DNA of 64,000 nt, from assembly GCA_905205665.1 (NCBI GenBank), contig CAJLEF010000004.1, forward strand, positions 15,582 through 79,581, read 5' to 3'. The position numbers and the translations under genes are program-made. The notes under the pieces are model-generated. The model made no database searches, was not told where the DNA came from, and worked only from the letters and a program-made list of their open reading frames with translations. Below, piece by piece: positions 46,782 to 55,353 of this stretch. Numbering within the stretch: the stretch's first letter is position 1; the number at the start of each line of letters is the position of its first letter. This DNA comes from an uncultured Bacillota bacterium (lineage in GTDB: Bacteria; Bacillota_I; Bacilli_A; RF39; UBA660).

Positions 46782-47141
46782 TGTTACAATAAGAAAAATG
46801 AAAATAAAATTATTGATGCCGGAAATTATAGCAAATATTTAGGCAGTAATACCCAACAGGCTTATTTTTCTATGACAGCTTTAGGAAATGATAAAATTAT
46901 TTTAACTATAAAAAATAAAACTTACGATAGAAATAGCAAGACAACAACTTTAACAGGACACCTTTTGTTCTATAAAAAAGAAAATGGTAGTTGGAATTTA
47001 AAGAAAGAACTTAATGCTCCTGAAAATGGAGTTACTTATTCTAATTCTAGGTATTTATCCAATGAGGTATTACTTCCATTAACAACAAATGCAGCTTTAT
47101 ATAATTCTTATGCTGGTCTTTATTACATTACTTTCTCTTAG
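46782..47141 (+). other. In-frame continuation of the pilin-like reading frame (includes listed ORF 46872..47141)
   Basis: It is in the same frame as 43956..46781. No stop occurs between the TAA at 46779-46781 and the TAG at 47139-47141. The sequence (…AYFSMTALGNDKIILTIKNK…) continues the beta-strand-rich character of the upstream C-terminal region. Confidence 0.55.
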
Positions 47142-47143
47142 AA

Positions 47144-47422
47144 ATGAGGAAAAGTATGTTTATTTGTATCTATTTATTTATTTTAAATTTTATAACATTT
47201 ATTGTTTTTGGCTTAGATAAATTAAAAGCTAAAAAACATAAATGGAGAATTAAAGTGAGTACTTTGTTAGGTTTATGTTTTTTAGGTGGATCTTTAGGTG
47301 GCTTAATAGGAATGTATACTTTTAGGCATAAGACAAAACAGAAATATTTTACTATAGGTGTACCACTTATGTTAATAACACAAGTGGTACTTATTATTTA
47401 TCTATATACTAAATTAATATAA
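47144..47422 (+). CDS. DUF1294-family small membrane protein
   Basis: FGLDKLKAKKHKWRI....L......GGSLGGL.GMY.FRHKT.K..F pattern. Confidence 0.7.
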   Translation: MRKSMFICIYLFILNFITFIVFGLDKLKAKKHKWRIKVSTLLGLCFLGGSLGGLIGMYTFRHKTKQKYFTIGVPLMLITQVVLIIYLYTKLI

Positions 47423-47472
47423 ATGTTGCATTTTTAAACAAAATAATATATTGTTTAAACTATGGTGATGAT

Positions 47473-48591
47473 ATGAAAGAAGAAAATGTTGCAAAAATAT
47501 TAAAAAAGATAAGAGAAAGTAAAAATTTAACACAAGATGAAGTGGCAAGTAAACTTAGTCTTGGAAGAAACGCTATTGTGAGAATTGAATCAGGTAAAAG
47601 AAAAGTAAGTGCTAGTGAACTAAGTCAATTTGAAAAATTATATAATATTGATTTAGAAGATTATGTTGGAACTTCTAAAAAACAAGAGATTAAAGGCATT
47701 ATCTTGGCTGGTGGCACTGGTACGAGACTTTACCCTATAACAGAAGCTACCAGTAAACAGCTTGTTCCTGTTTATGACAAACCTATGATTTTTTATCCTT
47801 TAAGTGTTTTAATGGAAGCTAACATAAGAGATATTTTAATTATTACAACGAAAGAAGATCAAGAAAACTTTAAAAGACTTCTAGGGGATGGTACTCGATT
47901 TGGTATTCATTTATCTTATATGGTGCAACCTAAACCAAATGGTCTTGCGGAAGCTTTTATTTTAGGAGAAGAATTTATTGGTGATGCTCCTTGTGCTATG
48001 ATTTTAGGAGATAACATTTATTTTGGTAATGGTTTGGAAAAAGAACTTACTAAAGCCATTAATAATGCCGTATCAGAAGATGCTACTATTTTTGGATATA
48101 AAGTAAAAGATCCTGAAAGATTTGGTATTATGGAAATAGATGAGTACAACAATGTTTTATCAGTTGAAGAAAAACCATTACATCCTAAAAGTGATTATGC
48201 TATCACAGGGTTATATTTCTATCCCAAAGGAGTTTCATCTATGGCTAAAATGGTAAAACCAAGTCAAAGAGGAGAACTTGAAATAACGAGTTTAAATGAT
48301 TTATATCTAAAACAGAATAAATTAAAAGCAAGATTACTTGGTGACGGTTATACTTGGTTTGACACCGGAACTTTTGAATCTTTATTAGATGCTTCTAATA
48401 TGATAAGGACGATTGAAAATAACAAAGATACCTTAATTTGTAGTCCTGAAATTATCGGTTTAAATCACAAGTGGTTATCTTTAGAAGAATTTTCTAAAAG
48501 AGCTATTTTATTAAATAAAAACAAGTATGGTCAATGTTTAATGAAAATAGCCGAGAAAGAAATAAAAAAAGAACGTACCAATAAAAACTAA
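47473..48591 (+). CDS. rfbA: XRE-type HTH domain fused to glucose-1-phosphate thymidylyltransferase (RmlA/RfbA)
   Basis: Residues 7-60 form a Cro/C1 HTH (LKKIRESKNLTQDEVASKLSLGRNAIVRIESGKRKVS). From residue ~73 there is a canonical RmlA N-terminus, KGIILAGGTGTRLYPIT..SKQLVPVYDKPMIFYPLSVLM, that continues full length. Confidence 0.8.
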   Translation: MKEENVAKILKKIRESKNLTQDEVASKLSLGRNAIVRIESGKRKVSASELSQFEKLYNIDLEDYVGTSKKQEIKGIILAGGTGTRLYPITEATSKQLVPVYDKPMIFYPLSVLMEANIRDILIITTKEDQENFKRLLGDGTRFGIHLSYMVQPKPNGLAEAFILGEEFIGDAPCAMILGDNIYFGNGLEKELTKAINNAVSEDATIFGYKVKDPERFGIMEIDEYNNVLSVEEKPLHPKSDYAITGLYFYPKGVSSMAKMVKPSQRGELEITSLNDLYLKQNKLKARLLGDGYTWFDTGTFESLLDASNMIRTIENNKDTLICSPEIIGLNHKWLSLEEFSKRAILLNKNKYGQCLMKIAEKEIKKERTNKN

Positions 48592-48609
48592 TAAGGAGTG
48601 AAAAATAGT

Positions 48610-48921
48610 ATGACATTACAAGAATTGGATAGATTAAGAAATTTAGTTATTAGATCAGAAATAAAACCAACAGATTCTATAGAAGAAATGGTTTTTAAAG
48701 CATACTTAAAACATGAAAATTTAAAAGATACCGCAGATGAAATAAATAATTTGCAAATTAAAAAGGATAATAATGACTTCATTAAAATTTCTAAAGAAAC
48801 TGTTTCTGAAATTATAAAAGATAAAAATAGTGAGTATATTATAAAAGATAAAGAACTTTATGATTTTGTAGAATCAAAATTTAAAAGTAATAAGAAAAAA
48901 GCTCAAAAAAGATGGGGATAA
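48610..48921 (+). CDS. Hypothetical protein (103 aa)
   Basis: AAGGAG Shine-Dalgarno upstream of the ATG at 48610, with no recognised motif. Confidence 0.4.
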   Translation: MTLQELDRLRNLVIRSEIKPTDSIEEMVFKAYLKHENLKDTADEINNLQIKKDNNDFIKISKETVSEIIKDKNSEYIIKDKELYDFVESKFKSNKKKAQKRWG

Positions 48922-49005
48922 ATACAATAAAATGCTATTTTTTCTTGTTTTGCATTTTTATATGACTCATGATATAATTTTCATGTTGTTATGGAGGGAT
49001 AAAAA

Positions 49006-49719
49006 ATGCAAACAACAGACCGTTTGTTAAATAGTACGTTTTTTAAAAGAGTAGGTGCTTATGTTTTAGATATCTTAATTGTATCTTTGGTAGTTTATTT
49101 ATTATCATTTATACCTTTTTTAAATCCAAATCATAATGCTTATACAGAAAAATATAATGAACTTTTAAATTTGCAACAACAATATACAAATAATGAAATT
49201 AGTACAGAAGATTATGAAACAGCTTTTAAACCAATTGCTTATGAAATACATCGTTTAGAAACTAATTATGTTGTCATTGATCTTGTCGTTGTCTTATTAT
49301 ATTTTGCAGTTTTACAGTATTTTTGTAAAGGCCAAACTATTGGTAAAAAGTTATTTCAAATAAGAGTCGTAAGTAATGATAAAACACCTTTAACAATCGT
49401 TAATTTCTTACTAAGAAGTATTGTTCTTAATAATGTACTTATTTCTATTATTTTACAGTGTATCATTCATTTTATGAATAATGAAAATTATTTTGATGTT
49501 TATCAAAATGTGAATCTTGTTGGTAACGTTATTACTTATATTATTATCTTTATGATTATTGTTAGAAATGATGGCCGTGGTTTACATGATTATATTGCTA
49601 ATACCAAGGTTGTTTTCGATAATACACCAGTTATAGAAAGAAAAAGAGCTAAAGAAGAAAAGATACTAGATTTAGAAGCTAAAGAAGTTAAGCAAGATAC
49701 TAAGAAGAAAAAATCTTAG
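49006..49719 (+). CDS. RDD-family membrane protein
   Basis: RVGAYVLDILIV at the N-terminus and RGLHDYIANTKV near the end; three TM segments. Confidence 0.65.
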   Translation: MQTTDRLLNSTFFKRVGAYVLDILIVSLVVYLLSFIPFLNPNHNAYTEKYNELLNLQQQYTNNEISTEDYETAFKPIAYEIHRLETNYVVIDLVVVLLYFAVLQYFCKGQTIGKKLFQIRVVSNDKTPLTIVNFLLRSIVLNNVLISIILQCIIHFMNNENYFDVYQNVNLVGNVITYIIIFMIIVRNDGRGLHDYIANTKVVFDNTPVIERKRAKEEKILDLEAKEVKQDTKKKKS

Positions 49720-49766
49720 TATTTTTTTTATCTTTTATGTGATATGATTAATACAAGGAGAGATGG

Positions 49767-50336
49767 ATGATGAAAAAAAGTTCAATTATTTTAATTGTAA
49801 TTGGTATTCTTATTGTTTTATTTGGAAGCATTTTAATTGGTTCTTATAATAAGATGGTGACAAGTAAAGAAAATGTCACAACTTCTTATAGTAACTTAGA
49901 TGTTATGTTACAAAGAAGAGCCGATTTAATTCCTAATCTTGTCAATACCGTTAAAGGCTATACTTCCCATGAAAACGAAGTAATTGATAAAATTACCAAA
50001 GCAAGAGAAAATTTAATGAAAGCAAGTAGTATTGATGATAAAGCCAAAGCCAACGAAGAATTAACAAATGGTTTAAATGCCTTATTAGTAGTGGTTGAAA
50101 ACTATCCAGATTTAAAATCAAGTGCTAATTTTACCCAGTTATCAGATGAACTAGCCGGTACGGAAAATCGTATTTCTACAGCTAGACGTGATTATAATAA
50201 CAGTGTTAAAGAATACAACTTGTTAATAAAGAAATTCCCAAGTAATCTTCTGGCTAATATGTTTGGTTTTAGTGAAGAAAAGTATTTTGAAGCCGATGAA
50301 CAAAAAAAGGATGTTCCAAATGTTAGCTTCGATTAA
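49767..50336 (+). CDS. lemA: LemA-family protein
   Basis: N-terminal TM helix, then YN.MV..KE.V....SN.DV.LQRRADLIPNLV.TVKGY..HE. Confidence 0.85.
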   Translation: MMKKSSIILIVIGILIVLFGSILIGSYNKMVTSKENVTTSYSNLDVMLQRRADLIPNLVNTVKGYTSHENEVIDKITKARENLMKASSIDDKAKANEELTNGLNALLVVVENYPDLKSSANFTQLSDELAGTENRISTARRDYNNSVKEYNLLIKKFPSNLLANMFGFSEEKYFEADEQKKDVPNVSFD

Positions 50337-51039
50337 AAAAGGAGCTTTGCTTCTTTTTTTAGTCTTTTTTCCTTTCCAAGTTTTTGCTTTAGTAAAACCA
50401 ACCAGTAGTTTTTATGTCAATGATTATGCCAATGTACTAAGTAGTGATACCAAAAATTATATCGTTAAAATGTCTTCTGCATTAGATAGTAAAACGAAAG
50501 CCCAAATTGTCGTGGTTACGGTTAATGATTTAGAGGGCAGTGATATCGAAACTTATGCAACAGATTTATTTAGAAGTTTTGGGATTGGTGATAAAAAAGA
50601 AAATAATGGGATACTAATTTTACTTAGTAAAGAAGATAGAAAAGTAAAAATTGAAGTAGGATATGGCTTAGAAGGAGATATCCCAGATGGGAAAGCTGGA
50701 CGTATTTTAGATAATTACATGGTGAGTTATTTAAAAGAAAATAATTATGATGAAGGAATTAAAAATGGTTATAATAAAATCTTAGAAATTTTATGTACAA
50801 AATATAACGTTACTTTAGATGGTCAAGAAACCCCCACCGAAGAAAAAGTAAATCCTTTTGAAACCGTTATTAGTCTTCTATTCTTTTTATTTCTTTTATA
50901 TTTTATGATGCGTTTCCCAGGATTCTGGTGGTTTACTTCTGGCGGTCATCACTTTAGAGGGGGTAGTTCTTTTGGCAGTGGCGGTTTTTCTGGTGGCGGT
51001 GGTTCATCAGGTGGCGGCGGTGCTTCCCGTGGTTTTTAG
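50311..51039 (+). CDS. TPM-domain (YgcG-like) protein with a Gly-rich C-terminal tail
   Basis: Signal peptide, VNDYANVLS, IVVVTVNDLEG, NNGILILLS...KVKIEVGYGLEG, a TM helix and a GGSSFGSGGFSGGGGSSGGGG tail. The start is probably 50311 or 50320 rather than 50263. Confidence 0.8.
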   Translation: MFQMLASIKKGALLLFLVFFPFQVFALVKPTSSFYVNDYANVLSSDTKNYIVKMSSALDSKTKAQIVVVTVNDLEGSDIETYATDLFRSFGIGDKKENNGILILLSKEDRKVKIEVGYGLEGDIPDGKAGRILDNYMVSYLKENNYDEGIKNGYNKILEILCTKYNVTLDGQETPTEEKVNPFETVISLLFFLFLLYFMMRFPGFWWFTSGGHHFRGGSSFGSGGFSGGGGSSGGGGASRGF

Positions 51040-51051
51040 AAAGGATAACAT

Positions 51052-52032
51052 ATGATAAATTTTACAAATGAAAATATTCAGAAAGAATTAACAAAAAAGA
51101 AAAGAAATGTTTTAATTAGTCTAGGTTGTGCGATTGTCTTTATTATTTTAATTGTTTTATTTAGTGTTTTAGAAGGAAATGAACAAGAAGTTAATTTGAC
51201 TGAAAAAACATCTTCTGGGACAAAAGCTAGTTTAGAAGTTTTTACTTCTCCCATAAATTTTGCTTATTATGAAAATGAAAATAGTGCCTTTTATATGGTT
51301 TATGCAACAAAAGATAGAGAAAGAAATTTATTAGCCATCATTAAAATGAACGAAAATGACTATGAAAGTCTTACGGATGTTTCTTTAGAAAATCCTAAGA
51401 CAGTACATGGTATAACAGCCAGTGTTCCAAATGATATTAAAGATTTAGCCATGGAAACTTTAAAAGATGCGGATTTAGCCGTTACAAATTTTACAGATGG
51501 TTTTTATCCTGTTTATTTAGATTTAACAGGCGAAAAAATATCTTTAATGGGAACAATGATGACTTTAAATGTTATCTTCTTAGTTATTGCTTTAATTTGT
51601 TTATTTTTGACAATATTTGTAAAAAGTAAATATCTTAAAAGTTTAAGAAAATATTCTAAGGAAGAAATAACAAAATTAGATGCAGAAATGAATGATAAAA
51701 ATTCTTTATATTATGAAAGTGCTCATTTATATTTAACAAATAAAAATATTATTGATTTAACAAGAAGTATCAAAGTAATTCCTTATGAGGATATTGTTTG
51801 GTTTTATTCTTACGAAATTAGACAAAGAGGAATTAAAACAGCCAGAAGTATTATTTTAAAAATGCAAAATGGTAAAAGTCTTTCTGTCGCGTATTTATCT
51901 TCTATAGGCAAGAAAAATAATCAAACTTATGAAGAAATCTTTAAAACGATTGAACAACATTGTCCAAATGCTTTAGTAGGATATAATAAAGAAAATGAAG
52001 CAAAGTTTAAAAGTCTTAATTCAAAATCTTAA
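51052..52032 (+). CDS. Hypothetical two-TM membrane protein
   Basis: Long ORF following lemA and the TPM gene, with no recognised motif. Confidence 0.45.
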   Translation: MINFTNENIQKELTKKKRNVLISLGCAIVFIILIVLFSVLEGNEQEVNLTEKTSSGTKASLEVFTSPINFAYYENENSAFYMVYATKDRERNLLAIIKMNENDYESLTDVSLENPKTVHGITASVPNDIKDLAMETLKDADLAVTNFTDGFYPVYLDLTGEKISLMGTMMTLNVIFLVIALICLFLTIFVKSKYLKSLRKYSKEEITKLDAEMNDKNSLYYESAHLYLTNKNIIDLTRSIKVIPYEDIVWFYSYEIRQRGIKTARSIILKMQNGKSLSVAYLSSIGKKNNQTYEEIFKTIEQHCPNALVGYNKENEAKFKSLNSKS

Positions 52033-52324
52033 TGATTTGATCAAAGTATAAATAAGTCTTATCTTTAAAATAAATTTTAGGAGGAACAAGTTTTACAACG
52101 GTTCCTTTTTTTTGATAGAAATATCCTTCGCGGTAGAAAATAAGAATGATAATTTCCCCACTATGAAAAAAGGTTAAAAGTTTGTTTTCTATTTCTGATT
52201 TTTCATCCTCACTTAAAAGAGGTTTTTCATGATAACTTCTTTTTCTATTTAATTCATTTAAGACTTCTTTTGTTTTATAAAGAGATTCAAAAGCATGCCA
52301 TTTAGTATCTTCTAATCTAGACAT
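52016..52324 (-). CDS. YolD-like protein
   Basis: KWHAFESL...KPLLSEDE...I..KL pattern, about 100 aa, located immediately downstream of a Y-family polymerase as in B. subtilis uvrX-yolD and yqjW-yqjX. Confidence 0.55.
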   Translation of the reverse strand: MSRLEDTKWHAFESLYKTKEVLNELNRKRSYHEKPLLSEDEKSEIENKLLTFFHSGEIIILIFYREGYFYQKKGTVVKLVPPKIYFKDKTYLYFDQIIKILN

Positions 52325-53564
52325 GATGACCTCCTAATTTTTGATTTTGTTCTTTTTCAGTAGAGTAAGAAAGAAGACTAGTGGCATATAATAGACTATT
52401 TTTACCAAATTTTTGATGAATAATATCTAAGGTTTTCATTAACTTTTCATCGTTTAATTTTCTTTCATAAAACAAATCTAATTGAACACCTTTTTTGCTT
52501 TCTAATTTTCCTATATGCAAACCTATTTTTCGCACAGGCATATCCATGTCATAATATCTATCAAATAAGGCTTTAAAATTTAAAAATAAAATTTCTTCAT
52601 TATCTGTTTTTTCATCCAAAAGTAAAGAATGTAAAAATTCGCCTCCTAAGACTTTTGAATAAGAACAAAAAAGAGTAATACTTTGACATTCAAGATTTTT
52701 AAGCCGTAATTTTTCGGTTAAACGCCCGAGCATTTCTTTTATGATAAGAAGACACTCTTCATTGTAATAATCTTTATACAAAACTTGGCTATGTCCAAGT
52801 GATTTTTGTGTAGGTGTTTTTATATTTTTGATAATTGTATTATCAATCCCATTGGCGTGTTCAAAAAGTAAAAGACCCATTTTACCAAAGTTCTTTTGTA
52901 ATCTTTTAGGGGATGTGTGGGCTAAGTCATAGATAGAATGAATATTCATATTTAAAAGTCTTTTTTCTAAACGTTTACCAATTTGCCAAACTGAAGAAAG
53001 GTCAGTGATAGGCCATAATTTAGTTGGAATATCTTCATAAGTCCAGTAAGCAATATTACTTTTGTTTTTCTTGGCTTCGATATCCATGGCAAGTTTCGCA
53101 AGAAGCATATTAGGCCCAATGCCACAGGTAGCTACTAGTTTGGTTTTTTCAAAAATTGTTTTTAAAATATCTTCGACTAATTGTTCTTCATCCTTTTGAT
53201 AATAATCTAAATAATCAGTGACATCTAAAAAACATTCATCAATAGAGTAAATGTGCAAATCTTCTTCACTTACATAATCAAGATAAATGTTAATAATTTC
53301 TTTTGATTTTTCAACGTATCTTTTCATTCGAGGGTTAACAACAAAGTAAGAAATATCTTTAGGAATATCATAAAGTCGCATTCGTCCCTTTAATCCTAAA
53401 CTTTTAAGATAAGGTGTTACGGCTAAGGAAATCGCTTCTTTACGTTGTTTAATACTCGCGACGACTAACGGAGTTTTAAAAGCATCGAAGCCTCTATCAA
53501 CACATTCGACAAAAGCAAAAAAAGATTTTAAATCAATACATAATATTTTTCTATCAATTAACAT
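52317..53564 (-). CDS. Y-family (UmuC/UvrX/YqjW-type) translesion DNA polymerase
   Basis: N-terminal ILCIDLKSFFAFVECVDRG, YSIDECFLDVT and CGIGPNMLLAKLAMD. I moved the start to the ATG at 53564 (AAGAGGTG Shine-Dalgarno). The ORF-track start at 53774 would run through the promoter and overlap the divergent PPIase gene. Confidence 0.85.
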   Translation of the reverse strand: MLIDRKILCIDLKSFFAFVECVDRGFDAFKTPLVVASIKQRKEAISLAVTPYLKSLGLKGRMRLYDIPKDISYFVVNPRMKRYVEKSKEIINIYLDYVSEEDLHIYSIDECFLDVTDYLDYYQKDEEQLVEDILKTIFEKTKLVATCGIGPNMLLAKLAMDIEAKKNKSNIAYWTYEDIPTKLWPITDLSSVWQIGKRLEKRLLNMNIHSIYDLAHTSPKRLQKNFGKMGLLLFEHANGIDNTIIKNIKTPTQKSLGHSQVLYKDYYNEECLLIIKEMLGRLTEKLRLKNLECQSITLFCSYSKVLGGEFLHSLLLDEKTDNEEILFLNFKALFDRYYDMDMPVRKIGLHIGKLESKKGVQLDLFYERKLNDEKLMKTLDIIHQKFGKNSLLYATSLLSYSTEKEQNQKLGGHHV

Positions 53565-53578
53565 AAAAACACCTCTTA

Positions 53579-53622
53579 AAACATTTGTTTGTATTATAAC
53601 AACTTGTATAAATGGATAACAA
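53579..53622 (-). promoter_or_regulatory. Promoter with an SOS-box-like operator for the Y-family polymerase operon
   Basis: On the minus strand: TTGTTA (53617-53622), 18-nt spacer, TATAAT (53593-53598), then AAACAAATGTTT (53579-53590). This matches the Gram-positive LexA box core GAAC-N4-GTTC except at the two outermost bases. Confidence 0.4.
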
Positions 53623-53719
53623 TGGATATTTTTGGCAAATTCTTTTCCATTCGACAATTTTTGATTGCAATGCCTTTTTCTTTTTGATAGAATGTTAAAA
53701 GTTAAAGGAAAGTGAAAAA

Positions 53720-54361
53720 ATGGAAAAGGTAAGTCGTAGTCGTATTTGTTTTGTATTATTAGTAATTGCTGCATTTGTTTTTATGACAGCAGGTTGTGAA
53801 AAGAAAGATTTAACGAAAGGAACTATTGAAGAATATTCTTATGAAGAAACTGATGAAGTTACTTCGTATGTTAAAATTGTAACTGGAAAAGATGAAGTGA
53901 TTTTATTAGAACTTTATCCTGAGGTTGCTCCTCTTACAGTACAAAATTTTCAAAAATTGGTTCAAGAAAAATTTTATGATGGTCTTACTTTTCATCGGGT
54001 TATTGAAGGTTTTATGATTCAAACGGGAGATCCACTAGGAAATGGTACCGGTGGTAGTAATACCACTATCAAAGGAGAATTTTCTAAAAATGGTGTTCAA
54101 AATGATTTGAAACATGAAAAAGGAGTAGTTTCTATGGCCAGAAGTGCTGACATGGATTCGGCTTCAAGTCAATTTTTCATTTGTTCAGATACCAATGAAT
54201 CGGTTTCTAGTTTAGATGGTAGTTATGCAGCTTTTGGTAAAACCATTGCTGGTTTAGATGTCGTAGAAAGAATTTCTAAAGTGCAAACAGATAGTAATGA
54301 TAAACCATTAAAGACAGAAAAAATGAAAAGTGTCCGTTTTGTAAAAATAGAAAAAAATTAG
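53720..54361 (+). CDS. Cyclophilin-type peptidyl-prolyl isomerase lipoprotein
   Basis: Lipobox MTAGC and FHRVIEGFMIQTGDPLGNGTGG. Confidence 0.85.
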   Translation: MEKVSRSRICFVLLVIAAFVFMTAGCEKKDLTKGTIEEYSYEETDEVTSYVKIVTGKDEVILLELYPEVAPLTVQNFQKLVQEKFYDGLTFHRVIEGFMIQTGDPLGNGTGGSNTTIKGEFSKNGVQNDLKHEKGVVSMARSADMDSASSQFFICSDTNESVSSLDGSYAAFGKTIAGLDVVERISKVQTDSNDKPLKTEKMKSVRFVKIEKN

Positions 54362-54438
54362 GTATTAGCATTAAGGTTAATATCTTTTTTTATATTTTGA
54401 TTTAGAGTACACTCTAGGTTATATAATGAGTTAGGAAG

Positions 54439-54720
54439 GTGAGGAAAGTGACCAGTAAAGAAGTTTGTCTTAAATATAATGTATCCAATTATACTTTACA
54501 TTATTATGAAAAAGAGGGTTTAATTGGACCTATTAAGAAAAATAAAAGTGATCATCGCATCTATTCGGAAATTGATTTGAAAAGATTAGAATTTATTTTA
54601 TGCATGCGTAAAGCAAAGATTTCGATTAAAACATTAAAAGAATATATTTTACTTTATGAAAAAGGAGAAAAAACGAAAGAAAAATGTTTAGAACTTTTGC
54701 AAAATGAATTAAATACTTAA
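54439..54720 (+). CDS. MerR-family transcriptional regulator, truncated by an in-frame TAA
   Basis: HTH YNVSNYTLHYYEKEGLIGP...HRIYSEIDLKRLEFILCMRKAKISIKTLKEY. After the TAA at 54718-54720 the same frame stays open for 34 more codons and ends in a TGA that overlaps the next gene's ATG (ATGA). Confidence 0.7.
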   Translation: MRKVTSKEVCLKYNVSNYTLHYYEKEGLIGPIKKNKSDHRIYSEIDLKRLEFILCMRKAKISIKTLKEYILLYEKGEKTKEKCLELLQNELNT

Positions 54721-54821
54721 GAAGCAAAAATAAAAGATATGAATGTAGCAAAGAATTATTTGACTTATAAAATAAAATTATATGAGCAAGATAAACTTGA
54801 AGAAATATTAAAGGAGAATGT

Positions 54822-55295
54822 ATGAAAAATTTAATTGTTTATTATTCCTACACAGGAAATACTAAAAAGGTTGCAGAAGAAATAGCTAAAAAAATAAATG
54901 GCACATTATGTCCGTTAACTTTAAAAGAAGATTATACAAAGGACTATGATGCTTTGGTGAATGAAATGGAAAGTAGTAATAATGAAAATAATCAACCAGA
55001 GCTAAAAGATTTAAATGTTTCTTTAGACGAATTTGATCGTGTCTTTGTCCTTACACCTGTTTGGTGGTACACGTTAAGTTGTCCTGTTAATACTTTTTTA
55101 CATCAAAATAATTTAGAAGGTAAAGAAGTGATTTTAGTAAGTACTAATGCAGGATGGCTTGGCGAAACTTTTGAAAATATGAAAAAATTAGTAAAAGGAA
55201 AAGTTCTTGGCACTATCAATTGTGTATTTAATAATGATGTTTGGCAAAATAAAGACGAGGTAGATAGTAAACTTCAAACCTTGCATTTAATTTAA
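54822..55295 (+). CDS. Flavodoxin-like protein
   Basis: LIVYYSYTGNTKKVAEEIA, the FMN-binding loop. Confidence 0.75.
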   Translation: MKNLIVYYSYTGNTKKVAEEIAKKINGTLCPLTLKEDYTKDYDALVNEMESSNNENNQPELKDLNVSLDEFDRVFVLTPVWWYTLSCPVNTFLHQNNLEGKEVILVSTNAGWLGETFENMKKLVKGKVLGTINCVFNNDVWQNKDEVDSKLQTLHLI

Positions 55296-55353
55296 CTTGC
55301 AAGAAATAAAAAAACATTTTATGATTACTTATATAGTAAGGAAGATATTTATT

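Noticed and set aside
50940-51039. Second GC-rich stretch as a possible template-repeat partner for the 29497-29720 patch
   Set aside because: It encodes the Gly-rich tail of the TPM-domain protein (GGN codons) and shares no sequence similarity with the patch.
53565-53774. 70-codon N-terminal extension of the Y-family polymerase ORF
   Set aside because: The extension has non-protein-like sequence, runs across the promoter and SOS-like box, and overlaps the divergent PPIase gene start. The conserved polymerase N-terminus begins at the ATG at 53564, which has a strong Shine-Dalgarno.
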